From contig JARIGO010000022.1 of assembly GCA_029288805.1 (NCBI GenBank), positions 30,754-94,753 of the forward strand: a stretch of 64,000 nucleotides of DNA, written 5' to 3'. Shown here one piece after another: positions 46,002 through 55,473 of the stretch. The notes below the pieces were generated by a model, which was not told the DNA's origin, did not search any database, and was given only the letters and a program-made list of their open reading frames with translations. Position numbers and translations under genes: made by a program. Position 1 is the stretch's first letter, and every line of letters starts with the position of its first letter. This stretch comes from Candidatus Nomurabacteria bacterium. Lineage in GTDB: Bacteria > Patescibacteriota > Minisyncoccia > Phycocordibacterales > UBA9973.

Positions 46002-47021
46002 CTACCGCTTTGCAAGAATGGAACGCTTATAGTCATCAAGGTGTCCAAGCAAGATACCAGTACCTTTCGCAACGCAGTACAGAGGATCATCAGACAGGCG
46101 AACCTTTACGCCGGTTTGCTCCTGAATGAGTTCAGCCAAATTTTTCAATGAAGACGTTCCTCCGGTCATAACGATACCGTAGTCGATAATATCTGATGCA
46201 AGCTCAGGTGGAGTATTTTCCAATACAGTCTTGATAGCCTTGATAATAATTTCCAATTCATACTGAATGGCCTTTACCAATTCATTGGTAGTGATAGTAA
46301 GCGTTTTTGGGAGACCGGTAACAATATCTCGTCCTTTGACCTCTCCGCTAACGTCGGGGCTAACAGGCAATGCGGAACACAATGTCTTCTTTACTTCTTC
46401 TGCTGTTTGGTCACCAATAGCGACATTGTACGTATGACGAATGTAGTCGATGATGGCTTGGTCAAACTTATTACCAGCGCATTTCACTGATGTTGAAGCG
46501 ATGATACCGCCAAGTGAAATTACGGCCACGTCAGTAGTACCTCCACCAATATCGATGACCATGCATCCGCGAGGTTCATTAATAGCAATACCTGCACCAA
46601 GCGCTGCAAGGATTGGTTCCTTTACAATGATGGCAGTACGCGCGCCAGCTTTCATGGTTGCCTCAATGACAGCGCGACGCTCTGTGGAAGTGATGCCAAC
46701 AGGTACAGACACAAGTACATCAGGCTTGAAGAGCGATGTTCGACCCAAGGCTTTGTTGATGAAGTGATGCAGCATGGCATACGTCACGGTGTAGTTGGCG
46801 ATGGCGCCATCCTGCATAGGGCGGTGTACAGAAACAGAGTCAGGATTCTTCCCCAACATGTCCTTGGCATCGTTACCGATAGCCTCAATAGTGCGAGTGG
46901 TACGGTTCACGGCCACCACGGTCGGCTCATTGAGCACAATGCCCTCACCTGCCATAAATACCAAGGTATTGGCAGTACCCAGGTCGATACCAAGCTTCTT
47001 TTTTCCAGGAAGTTTCCACAT
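46002..47021 (-). CDS. mreB: rod shape-determining actin homolog MreB
   Basis: KKLGIDLGTANTLVF and the full MreB signature set. 339 aa. Confidence 0.95.
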   Translation of the reverse strand: MWKLPGKKKLGIDLGTANTLVFMAGEGIVLNEPTVVAVNRTTRTIEAIGNDAKDMLGKNPDSVSVHRPMQDGAIANYTVTYAMLHHFINKALGRTSLFKPDVLVSVPVGITSTERRAVIEATMKAGARTAIIVKEPILAALGAGIAINEPRGCMVIDIGGGTTDVAVISLGGIIASTSVKCAGNKFDQAIIDYIRHTYNVAIGDQTAEEVKKTLCSALPVSPDVSGEVKGRDIVTGLPKTLTITTNELVKAIQYELEIIIKAIKTVLENTPPELASDIIDYGIVMTGGTSSLKNLAELIQEQTGVKVRLSDDPLYCVAKGTGILLGHLDDYKRSILAKR

Positions 47022-48926
47022 ATGAATGACTATAGTATAGTGGCGTTAATGTTTATTGCAACAGTCATTCCTATCAGCAAAGGCATTCCTTTTGACACTC
47101 TGAGTTATTTCAGCGGTGAGCAGCTTGCTGTCGGTACCATTGTGTCTGTGCCATTTGGCAAGCAAAAGATCAATGCCATCGTTGCAGAGTGCCAAAATCT
47201 GTCCGAAGCCAAGACTGCCGTCAAGCAAGCCTCCTTTTCCATGAAAAAAATTTCCGCGACGGTCGGTCACGTGCCACTGCTTGGGGCCGTCATCGACGGT
47301 TTGCAGGACACTGCAGCCCGAACACTGACCCCGCTCGGCGCCATTGCGGGAGCTGTCATGCCGCAAAGTCTTTTTGAATACGTTACGCCCGAAAAAATAG
47401 TAACCGCGTCAGACGCGGCTTCTCTTGAAAGTGAAAAGCAGAAGTTTACCGAGACAAGTGTTGCCGGAACTATCGATACTCGTGCTGACTACTACAAGCG
47501 ATTGATTCGCACGAGCTTTGCCGCAAAGAAAAGCATTCTCTTTATTGCGCCAACCATTAAAAACTTGGAACAATGGAAGACAACATTACAAAAAGGCATC
47601 CCGAAGCATGTAGTCAGCGTGCATAGCAAGACTACAAAAAAGGAATTGCGCAGCGCGTTTGCATTGATTAAGCAAAGTGACCGGCCGTTGATCATTTTTG
47701 CAACACCAGGATTCAGCGTCCTGCCTCGACATGATATTGGCTCCATCATAGTGGAAGACGAGAGCAGCAGTCTCTTCAAAACCAGCGACCGTTTCAAAAC
47801 TGATCTTCGCATTTTCTTGGGAGCATTTGCCAAGGCTGCAGAAATGCAGCTGTACTGGGGAGACACCATTCCTCGCTTCGAGACATTGGAGCGTACCAAG
47901 AACACGCACATGCCTCGCACCTTTATTCCTGACAAGCTGACCGTCGTGCCAGTAGAGCCATACCGCACCGTACTGCCAACAGAAGTGGTAGAGATCATTC
48001 GCCATGCTGAAAAGAAAAAGAAACGCCTCTATATATATGCCAACAGAAAAGGCGTGGCGCCACTGTCTCGCTGTAGCGATTGCGGCACCATCGTGACCTG
48101 TGAAGTCTGCGGCTTGCCGATGGTATTGAGAAATAGACGAAATGCTGAAGGGCAAGAGGAACGGTACTTCGTGTGCTCGCACTGTACTGCCACCTTACCA
48201 GCGACACACACCTGTAGTTATTGCGGCAGTTGGAATATCACGCCGATATCAATCGGTACGGAAAGCATCCGAGATGCTGTTGCCGCATTGGTAGGAACAG
48301 ACGTCATTACCACTATCGACGATGACCTGACACCAGACGGCACGACCATCGCTTCACTACTCGCGCAAAGTGAAAAGCAAAAGTTCACCATCATCATTGG
48401 CACTATCAAGGTATTGCCATTTCTCAAAAATATTAACTACTGTCTCTTTCCGTTTTTTGACCGACTGCTTTCTACACCATCACTCTATACGACAGAAAAT
48501 ACACTTCGCTTAGTAATGGAGTGCAATGAAAAAGCCGAAGACGGCGTGCTGCTCTTCACACGTCAGGCAGACTTTCCATTGATCAAGCAGTTGGAAACGC
48601 AAAAGCTCAACGCCATCATTCATGATGAACTGCAACTGCGCGAAGAAATCGGCTATCCACCGTACGGCAGCATCATAAAAATCAGCCTGACTATTCCTGA
48701 GGGATACAGACTCGCTGTCATAGAAAAAGTGCAACGCTTTGTAGAAAATATGGAAGCGACAATGATGCCACCACGCCGCATCAGCGCCGGCAGCATGAAA
48801 GTCCTCCTGACCTGGATTATCAAAACTACGGCCAACTACATAGAAGAGGAAGGTCCAACTCTCGGCGCATTTCTTTCCACCCTGCACTTCCCTTACCTAA
48901 TCGAAGAAAACCCTGAAAGACTATAA
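47022..48926 (+). CDS. primosomal protein N' (PriA) homolog with degenerate helicase motifs
   Basis: 3'-DNA-binding-domain-like N-terminus (VSVPFGKQKINAIVAEC) and the PriA Cys-rich zinc-binding region (CSDCG..CEVCG...CSHC...CSYCG). Where Walker A GxGKT should be, the sequence reads VAGTIDTRADYYKRL. The start codon abuts the mreB start codon. Confidence 0.65.
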   Translation: MNDYSIVALMFIATVIPISKGIPFDTLSYFSGEQLAVGTIVSVPFGKQKINAIVAECQNLSEAKTAVKQASFSMKKISATVGHVPLLGAVIDGLQDTAARTLTPLGAIAGAVMPQSLFEYVTPEKIVTASDAASLESEKQKFTETSVAGTIDTRADYYKRLIRTSFAAKKSILFIAPTIKNLEQWKTTLQKGIPKHVVSVHSKTTKKELRSAFALIKQSDRPLIIFATPGFSVLPRHDIGSIIVEDESSSLFKTSDRFKTDLRIFLGAFAKAAEMQLYWGDTIPRFETLERTKNTHMPRTFIPDKLTVVPVEPYRTVLPTEVVEIIRHAEKKKKRLYIYANRKGVAPLSRCSDCGTIVTCEVCGLPMVLRNRRNAEGQEERYFVCSHCTATLPATHTCSYCGSWNITPISIGTESIRDAVAALVGTDVITTIDDDLTPDGTTIASLLAQSEKQKFTIIIGTIKVLPFLKNINYCLFPFFDRLLSTPSLYTTENTLRLVMECNEKAEDGVLLFTRQADFPLIKQLETQKLNAIIHDELQLREEIGYPPYGSIIKISLTIPEGYRLAVIEKVQRFVENMEATMMPPRRISAGSMKVLLTWIIKTTANYIEEEGPTLGAFLSTLHFPYLIEENPERL

Positions 48927-48952
48927 GTATTGCGCAATATAAGAGCGCGTGT

Positions 48953-48958
48953 TATTAT
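48953..48958 (+). promoter_or_regulatory. -10 box (TATTAT) 7 nt upstream of the rpsU-like ATG
   Basis: gtgtTATTATctgacccATG. Confidence 0.35.
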
Positions 48959-48965
48959 CTGACCC

Positions 48966-49190
48966 ATGTCAATGACCAATGTAGAAATCAAGAGAAACGG
49001 GACCGAAAACGCTTTGGGTGTTATTCGTCGTTTTACTCGCAAGATGCAGGAATCACAAATCATTCCTAAAGTGAAAGGCCAGCGCTATGCAGTTCGCCCA
49101 ATCTCAAAGCTTGCGGAAAAGAACATGAAAGTAAAGCGCCTTGCACGACGCGTAGAAGTTGAAAAACTCAAAAAGCTCGGCAAAATGTAA
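48966..49190 (+). CDS. rpsU: 30S ribosomal protein S21-like
   Basis: 74 aa and very basic. GVIRRFTRKMQESQI...RYAVRPISKLAEKNMKVKRLARR resembles S21. Confidence 0.55.
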   Translation: MSMTNVEIKRNGTENALGVIRRFTRKMQESQIIPKVKGQRYAVRPISKLAEKNMKVKRLARRVEVEKLKKLGKM

Positions 49191-49192
49191 TT

Positions 49193-49576
49193 ATGATACT
49201 CGATACTGACACAATGACAGTATCCACCAAGGGCACGCTTCCACGCGTGCCTTTTTTGGCGATTAAGGAAAAGATCCTGGGAAAGAAATATGAGCTCTCC
49301 ATTCGCTTCGTTGCTCCCGCTGAAGCGCAAGCGCTCAATCAAGCGCATCGCGGTAAGGATTATATTCCCAACACATTGTCATTCCCTCTTTCAGAGACAA
49401 GCGGAGAAATCATTCTTTGTCGTTCTGCCATGCGTCGCGAGTACAAGTCATTCGACATGGATTACGATACGTATCTCATTTTTATTGTCATCCACAGCAT
49501 GCTGCATTTGAAAGGATACGAACACGGTAGTACAATGGAACGTAAGGAGCGAGATTTACTCGCGCTTTTCACTTAA
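49193..49576 (+). CDS. ybeY: rRNA maturation endoribonuclease YbeY
   Basis: HSMLHLKGYEH zinc-binding H-x3-H-x5-H motif. Confidence 0.85.
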   Translation: MILDTDTMTVSTKGTLPRVPFLAIKEKILGKKYELSIRFVAPAEAQALNQAHRGKDYIPNTLSFPLSETSGEIILCRSAMRREYKSFDMDYDTYLIFIVIHSMLHLKGYEHGSTMERKERDLLALFT

Positions 49577-49594
49577 AACATTTTTACAGAAAAG

Positions 49595-50815
49595 ATGAAG
49601 CAACAACTACGCATAGGTATAGATATCGGAACGTCCATGACCCGAGTGGTGGCATGTGTTGATGACAGCGCTGGGGGTTTACCAAAAATCGCAGCAAGCA
49701 GTTCCGTAGAAAATACCGGCATGCGTCATGGATATATCACCAACCGTGATGAAGTAGCCCTAAGCCTGAGGCATGCATTGCAGGAAGTAGAAAAGGAGCT
49801 TGGCACAAAGATCAAAACTGCTGCCATTGCCATCGGTGGCGTTGGTATCTCTTCCGAGTATGCAATCGGCAACAGTATCTCTACTCGAGCGGACGGCATC
49901 ATCAGCAAGTTTGATATTGAAAAAGCCATTCAGGATGCCGAGGGTCACATTGATCTCAAAAACAAAACTATCCTTCAGGCCTTCCCCGTCATGTTCAAGG
50001 TTGATGGCAAGGAAATTCCTGCTCGCCCCGAAGGTATTGCCGGCAGCAAGCTTGAAGTAAAGACCCTTTTTATCACCTGTTACCAACAGCATCTTGATGA
50101 CCTTCTCGCAGTAGCACAAGAATGTGGTGTTCGTATCACTGGCTTCACTCCGACCCCCCTTGCTACGCAGAAATTATTGCTGACCGACCTGCAGCGCAAT
50201 TTTGGTTGTACCCTGATCGACATCGGCGCAGAGACTGTATCAGTATCTGTTTTTGAAAATAATGACCTGACATCCCTCTTTGTCTTTGGCATCGGCTCGC
50301 TTGATATTACAAAAGACATTGCCCTTGGTTTGCGCGTCACACCGGAAGAAGCGGAGAGTATCAAGCTTGGTACCGTATCATTCCAGAACACCCCAAAGAA
50401 AAAACTTGACGAGATCATCGAGGCACGCTTGTCTGACATCTTTGAGCTGGTAGACAAATATTTTAGAAAAATTGGACGCAGCGGATTGCTTCCTGCCGGA
50501 GCCATCATCATCGGCGGTGGTAGTCGCATGCAGCTCGTTGAGACCGTAGCAAAGAACATGCTTCGCACACCGGTAAAAGTAGCGCACGTAGACCTTCCTG
50601 GTACCAAAGGCCCAGTCAAAGACAATCGTCTCCTTGTTGCGTACAGTATCGCAACTTCCAATGAAGAACCACAGCAGAGCAGTACTAAGAACAGCAACAA
50701 AGGCAGCACAACTGGCAGCATTCGCCGCTCACTGAGCCATCTCACCATCAAGTCTCCCGAAGGTGACGGCATCATCGACAGCATCAAGGCATTTTTCAAA
50801 CAACTGATTCCATAG
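49595..50815 (+). CDS. ftsA: cell division protein FtsA
   Basis: RIGIDIGTSMTRVVA N-terminus, actin fold, and a position immediately upstream of ftsZ. Confidence 0.9.
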   Translation: MKQQLRIGIDIGTSMTRVVACVDDSAGGLPKIAASSSVENTGMRHGYITNRDEVALSLRHALQEVEKELGTKIKTAAIAIGGVGISSEYAIGNSISTRADGIISKFDIEKAIQDAEGHIDLKNKTILQAFPVMFKVDGKEIPARPEGIAGSKLEVKTLFITCYQQHLDDLLAVAQECGVRITGFTPTPLATQKLLLTDLQRNFGCTLIDIGAETVSVSVFENNDLTSLFVFGIGSLDITKDIALGLRVTPEEAESIKLGTVSFQNTPKKKLDEIIEARLSDIFELVDKYFRKIGRSGLLPAGAIIIGGGSRMQLVETVAKNMLRTPVKVAHVDLPGTKGPVKDNRLLVAYSIATSNEEPQQSSTKNSNKGSTTGSIRRSLSHLTIKSPEGDGIIDSIKAFFKQLIP

Positions 50816-50816
50816 A

Positions 50817-50847
50817 AAAACCTCCGAATTAATCGGAGGTTTTTTAA
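50817..50847 (+). terminator. ftsA terminator
   Basis: AACCTCCGA-ttaa-TCGGAGGTT hairpin followed by TTTTTAATTT. Confidence 0.7.
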
Positions 50848-50861
50848 TTTGGTTTTTCGTA

Positions 50862-50887
50862 AGGCGTAAGACGCCGTGTTTTTTTGA
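50862..50887 (+). terminator. second hairpin + T8 in the ftsA-ftsZ spacer
   Basis: GGCGT-aag-ACGCC hairpin followed by GTGTTTTTTTT. Confidence 0.4.
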
Positions 50888-51135
50888 ATAACCTTTTTAA
50901 GGGTCTTACAGTTTTTGTAATATGACCACCTCCAGATGTTAGAAGTGATATTGGGGTTGGATTACCGCATAGCTCAGATTCGTTAATCCCATAAGGTCTA
51001 AGAATGCTCATAGCTTTTTAATTAGTTTAAATAAAAAATACCACTTTTATTGCCTATCGTCAATGTAATTGCCCTTTTGAAAGCATGTGGTACTATTCTG
51101 GGTATATAAATAGCCCGTGGAAGGGAGAGTGAAAT

Positions 51136-52347
51136 ATGCCAAAATTAAGCCCAGAAATTGAAACTGCCGCGCGCATCAAAGTTATTGGTGTCGGAGGCTC
51201 AGGCGGAAATGCCGTTAACCACATGATCGGAGGACGAGTTCGTTCCGTGGAATTTATCGTAATGAACACTGATGTGCAGGATTTGCATAAGTCATCAGCG
51301 GAAAAGAAGATTCACCTTGGTAAGAACCTTACGAAGGGTCTTGGTGCTGGAATGAATCCAGAAGTTGGTATGCGTGCTGCTGAGGAAACAAAGGCAGAGA
51401 TCCAAGACGCAGTAAAAGGTGCTGACATGGTCTTTATTGCTTGCGGTATGGGTGGTGGTACTGGTACTGGCGCCGCTCCAGTCGTAGCTCGCGCTGCAAA
51501 GGAACAAGGCATTCTCACTGTGGCTGTTGTTACCAAGCCATTCTTCTTCGAAGGCAATCAGCGCATGAAAATCGCTGAACGCGGCATTGAAGAACTTGAA
51601 TCTGAAGTAGACGCTATCATCGTTATTCCTAACGACCGTCTTTTGGCTATCGCCGGCAAGGACACTACATTCAAGGATGCATTCGCAAAGTGTGATGAAG
51701 TGCTTCGTCAGGCTGTTGAAGGCATCTCTGACCTTATCGCCTCTCCAGGTATCATCAACGTCGACTTCGCCGACATGAAGTCAGTGCTCACTGATGCTGG
51801 TACAGCATTGATGGGTGTTGGTTTTGCAAATGGTGACGGACGTGCAGAAAAGGCAGCTATTCAGGCTATCAACTCTCCGCTTCTTGATATCTCTATCAAC
51901 GGTGCTCGCGGCGTGCTCTTCGCCATCTCTTCCAACGACGACCTCACCATGCAGGAATTCCAGGATTCTGCGAAAGTTATCACTGAGTCTATCGACAAGG
52001 ACGCTCGCGTCATCATCGGTACCATCATGGACGACCGCATGAAGAAGGGTGAAATGAAGATCACCGTTATCGCTACTGGCTTTCCTACCGAAGGTACAAA
52101 GAAGCAAAACCTCTTTGGTACTAGTGCCCAGCAGATCTTCCAGCGTACCGCTGAAGCTCAGCCAACAGCGCAAGCTCCATTGCCACAACAGCAGGCAGCT
52201 CCTATGATTGAGCGCGAACAGCCGATTGTAAAACCAATGGTTCAAAAAGCTGATGTTCGTCCAGAACCTGAAACACTGGAACCAGAAATTGGTGACGAAG
52301 AAGATTGGGGTGCAATTCCGGCCTTCCTCCGAAGAAATAAGAAATAA
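51136..52347 (+). CDS. ftsZ: cell division GTPase FtsZ
   Basis: GGGTGTG tubulin signature, T7 loop, and a C-terminal conserved peptide DIPAFLRR. Confidence 0.97.
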   Translation: MPKLSPEIETAARIKVIGVGGSGGNAVNHMIGGRVRSVEFIVMNTDVQDLHKSSAEKKIHLGKNLTKGLGAGMNPEVGMRAAEETKAEIQDAVKGADMVFIACGMGGGTGTGAAPVVARAAKEQGILTVAVVTKPFFFEGNQRMKIAERGIEELESEVDAIIVIPNDRLLAIAGKDTTFKDAFAKCDEVLRQAVEGISDLIASPGIINVDFADMKSVLTDAGTALMGVGFANGDGRAEKAAIQAINSPLLDISINGARGVLFAISSNDDLTMQEFQDSAKVITESIDKDARVIIGTIMDDRMKKGEMKITVIATGFPTEGTKKQNLFGTSAQQIFQRTAEAQPTAQAPLPQQQAAPMIEREQPIVKPMVQKADVRPEPETLEPEIGDEEDWGAIPAFLRRNKK

Positions 52348-52349
52348 GA

Positions 52350-52380
52350 AAAAGCCATTCCTGACGGAATGGCTTTTTTG
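52350..52380. terminator. bidirectional terminator between ftsZ and the 52391-52798 lipoprotein gene
   Basis: AAGCCATTCC-tgac-GGAATGGCTT hairpin followed by TTTTTG. Confidence 0.7.
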
Positions 52381-52390
52381 TTTGGTTGTC

Positions 52391-52798
52391 TTACCAAGGA
52401 TTTCCACAGCGTTTAAGCATTTCATTGTAATACTCCGCTGCTTCGGCTGCAGTATGACCTTCACTAATATCCGTGATCAAATCATTGGGATAAATTGAGA
52501 AGTTCCACAACTCCTCGTATTCAGAATCATTGTCTGCAGGATCCCAAAAGAACACCATCACTTCAATGCAGTCAGGATCTCCCGTCTTAAAGACGGAATA
52601 TACTCTAAGACCGTTCGACAACGCTCTATCTCGGTACAACGCATTGGATATGTTTTGCCTTATAAGACGGTCTCGTAACAATGAGTAGTCCTTGCTTTCA
52701 ATCGGCACGTGCTGATTGGCAGGTTGGATGATTTTTTGAGAACAGGATGTGGCTATAATACAAACTAGTACCAAAACCACGATTGTACTTTTTTTCAT
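52391..52798 (-). CDS. hypothetical lipoprotein
   Basis: 135 aa. Signal peptide with IATSC lipobox, a strong GGAGGG SD 9 nt upstream, and an upstream terminator hairpin at about 52878-52905. Confidence 0.5.
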   Translation of the reverse strand: MKKSTIVVLVLVCIIATSCSQKIIQPANQHVPIESKDYSLLRDRLIRQNISNALYRDRALSNGLRVYSVFKTGDPDCIEVMVFFWDPADNDSEYEELWNFSIYPNDLITDISEGHTAAEAAEYYNEMLKRCGNPW

Positions 52799-53121
52799 GG
52801 ACGGATACCCTCCTTCGGTATGGTTTTACTTTTTATCATTGTGCCATATTTTATTTTTTATGAAAAATATAAAAAGCCGACACGCGTACGTATCGGCTTT
52901 TCGTAGGCCTAACACTGAAAACCATAGAGCCTGAGTTCTTTGGCACCGCTGACGTCCCTGGTTGATTTAAACTTCTTCGCAGGTTTTGGTTGTTTCCCGT
53001 TAATTTTAACTGTGGGTTGTGGCTGATTGGGAATGTATTTCTTGTCCATAATAAAAGGTTTTTATTACTTTACTGCTACTACAAAAAAGTGTCAATTATT
53101 CCTACTTCTGGACAGGTGGAG

Positions 53122-53127
53122 TATAAT
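53122..53127 (+). promoter_or_regulatory. -10 box (TATAAT) 6 nt upstream of the trxB ATG
   Basis: gtggagTATAATgaatccATG. Confidence 0.4.
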
Positions 53128-53133
53128 GAATCC

Positions 53134-54063
53134 ATGAATTACGATCTGATTATTATTGGGGGCGCGCCGGCAGGTGTGGCTGGAGCTGTATATGCCGCTC
53201 GAAAACGCTTGAACACATTGGTTATTGCAGAGGAAATTGGCGGACAGTCAGCGGTGTCTGACACTATTTATAACTGGATCGGTACGCCTGAGATCAGTGG
53301 CCAGGGCCTGGCTGACAGTTTGAAGGCTCATTTGGAATACTACACAAAAAATGACAACACTCTTACCCTATCATTGGGTCATCGTGCTACAGCCGTTGCA
53401 AAAATTGACGGTGGATTTTCTGTGACCACAGACAAGGAAACGCACACGGCCAAAAGCGTGCTTATCGCTACCGGTTCTCGTCATCGTCACCTTGAAGTGC
53501 CGGGTGCCGCGGATTTTGAACACAAGGGTATTTTGTACTGTGCTACGTGTGACGGCCCGCTCTTTTCCGGCCAGCCTGTTGCCGTTGTTGGCGGTGGCAA
53601 CGCCGCACTTGAAGCAGTGCTACAGCTTTCTGAATACGCCTCCCATGTGACACTGCTGCATCGCCGCAATGAGTTTCGCGCAGACGCTATTACCGTAGAA
53701 AAAGTGCAGCAGCTTTCCAATGCCACTATCCTTACCAATGTCACACTGACCCACGTTACCGGCTCAGCCTTTGTTGGTGGATTGAAATACAAAAACAATG
53801 GAGACGACACCGAGCAAGAACTCGCCGTTAATGCGGTCTTCGTAGAAATCGGACAATTGCCAAATACCGACATTGTGAAGGATGTCGTTACCCTTGATGA
53901 ATACAACAAGGTCGTGGTTGACCCTACCAATCAGCGCAGTAGCGTTCTTGGCATTTGGGCGGCTGGTGATTGTACAAACGGCCTGTACCACCAAAATAAC
54001 ATTGCTGCCGGTGATGCAGTGAAGGCTATTGAGGATCTGTATATCTGGCTAAAGAAAAACTAA
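53134..54063 (+). CDS. trxB: thioredoxin-disulfide reductase
   Basis: FAD GxGxxG (IIIGGAPAG), redox CATC (ILYCATCDGPLF), and NADPH GxGxxA. Start set at MNYDLIIIGG. Confidence 0.9.
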   Translation: MNYDLIIIGGAPAGVAGAVYAARKRLNTLVIAEEIGGQSAVSDTIYNWIGTPEISGQGLADSLKAHLEYYTKNDNTLTLSLGHRATAVAKIDGGFSVTTDKETHTAKSVLIATGSRHRHLEVPGAADFEHKGILYCATCDGPLFSGQPVAVVGGGNAALEAVLQLSEYASHVTLLHRRNEFRADAITVEKVQQLSNATILTNVTLTHVTGSAFVGGLKYKNNGDDTEQELAVNAVFVEIGQLPNTDIVKDVVTLDEYNKVVVDPTNQRSSVLGIWAAGDCTNGLYHQNNIAAGDAVKAIEDLYIWLKKN

Positions 54064-54064
54064 C

Positions 54065-54676
54065 ATGTCGGCATCGCTGATCCATTTCATAACAGCGTAC
54101 GGGTATTGGGCAATTTTTTGGCTTATCTTTCTGCAGGAAATCGGCGTACCAAACCCTGTATCAAATGAATTCGTCTTGCTCTTTTCTGGATCATTGGCCT
54201 TCACCGGCTTGCTATCATTCCCTTTTATTTTTTTGACTGCAGTATTTGCGGATGTCCTTGGCGCTGCAGTGCTGTACGTAGTATTTTATTTCTTTGGCTC
54301 AGCCATCGTCAGGCATAAGCCGAAATGGCTGCCCATATCAGAAAAAAATATTGAACAACTGAAAAAGCCTCTCTCCAAATATGGCATGGGCGGTATTTTC
54401 CTCGGAAGAATGCTTCCTTTTGCACGTGGCTATGCCGCAGTGGCTGCAGGATTGTTAAACATCAAGCCGGTGAAGTTTGCCATGGCAGTCGTTGCTTCGG
54501 CACTGGTGTGGAGTGGAGGCTTCGTAACGCTTGGAGCCATTTTTGGTAAGTACTGGATACGGGTGGCAAATACAGCAGGAGGCATTGAGAAGGTATTTTT
54601 GGCCGCAATACTGCTCACTGTACTATTATTTATAATAAGGTATGCTGTAGCCAAATATAGATCTAGAAAGAAATAG
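54065..54676 (+). CDS. DedA/VTT-family membrane protein
   Basis: 203 aa with multiple TM helices and the DedA core pattern (G.P.P...F..L..G). Confidence 0.75.
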   Translation: MSASLIHFITAYGYWAIFWLIFLQEIGVPNPVSNEFVLLFSGSLAFTGLLSFPFIFLTAVFADVLGAAVLYVVFYFFGSAIVRHKPKWLPISEKNIEQLKKPLSKYGMGGIFLGRMLPFARGYAAVAAGLLNIKPVKFAMAVVASALVWSGGFVTLGAIFGKYWIRVANTAGGIEKVFLAAILLTVLLFIIRYAVAKYRSRKK

Positions 54677-54679
54677 CAT

Positions 54680-55447
54680 ATGAAATTTTCAATCATTATT
54701 CCTGCTCTAAACGAAGAAAAGATGATAGGACAAGCTCTTCAGGCCATTTTGACCCAAACGCACCAAGACTATGAAATCATAGTGGTAGATAACAACTCTA
54801 CCGATAACACTGCGTCCATTGTGGCATCATATGCGCAACAACATCAAAAAGTACGCCTCATTCCCTGTCCTTTGCAAGGACTGCTGAATGCCAGAAATGC
54901 CGGCTTGCAGGCCGCTACCGGTGACATTATCGCTCAGCTTGATGCCGATAATGTCCCTCACTCTTATTGGTTGGAACATGCTCACCGTCATTTTGTGGAC
55001 AACAGCCACATCGCTGCAGCCATTGGCGCATATGACTACGCTGACGCAATACAACGTCTGGGTGTGTTTCAAGGCATAGCGTTACGGTACGTAGGCTTTC
55101 TATCACAATCTCTCTTTTTTACCGTCGGTAATTACTACGTTCAAAAAAGAAAGTACGGTGCACTCATGCTAGGAGGAAATGCCTTTATTAAAAAAGAAGC
55201 ACTCCAAGCTGTTGGCGGATACAATACCAGCCATACCTTCTACAACGAAGACTTGGTCACCGCTAGTGCTATTGCAACAGTTGGGTATGTGAAATTCTTT
55301 TTTGACCTGACAGTCAAGACATCAGCTCGAAGGCATGCGGAAGTAGGGTTTTGGAAACTGCAAAAGCGCTACAACGTCGGAACGTTTGATGTCCTGAGAG
55401 GCAGAACTATCACGAACCAAGAGGAGGAACACTATCATCCTCACTAA
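54680..55447 (+). CDS. family 2 glycosyltransferase
   Basis: FSIIIPALNEE...YEIIVVDNNSTDNT...DADN are GT-A/GT2 hallmarks. Confidence 0.8.
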   Translation: MKFSIIIPALNEEKMIGQALQAILTQTHQDYEIIVVDNNSTDNTASIVASYAQQHQKVRLIPCPLQGLLNARNAGLQAATGDIIAQLDADNVPHSYWLEHAHRHFVDNSHIAAAIGAYDYADAIQRLGVFQGIALRYVGFLSQSLFFTVGNYYVQKRKYGALMLGGNAFIKKEALQAVGGYNTSHTFYNEDLVTASAIATVGYVKFFFDLTVKTSARRHAEVGFWKLQKRYNVGTFDVLRGRTITNQEEEHYHPH

Positions 55448-55473
55448 TCTCCACACTGTGGAGATTTTTTTAT
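55446..55473. terminator. bidirectional terminator between the GT2 gene and folD
   Basis: ATCTCCACA-c-TGTGGAGAT hairpin followed by TTTTTTTAT. Confidence 0.7.

Noticed and set aside
46764-47021. Upstream 86-codon extension of the priA-like ORF overlapping mreB on the opposite strand
   Set aside because: It translates to low-complexity, non-PriA sequence and lies fully antisense to the conserved mreB N-terminus. The start was assigned at the first ATG after mreB, at 47022.
50935-51040. Minus-strand small ORF (MSILRPYGINESELCGNPTP…) inside the ftsZ leader
   Set aside because: It has no conservation cues and lies within a probable 5'UTR. It is mentioned only as part of the ftsZ-leader finding.
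52878-52905. Hairpin AAGCCGA-cacgcgtacgta-TCGGCTT with a T-run upstream of the lipoprotein gene
   Set aside because: It is probably just the terminator insulating the lipoprotein gene from upstream antisense transcription. No partner gene or ncRNA could be defined in 52906-53120.
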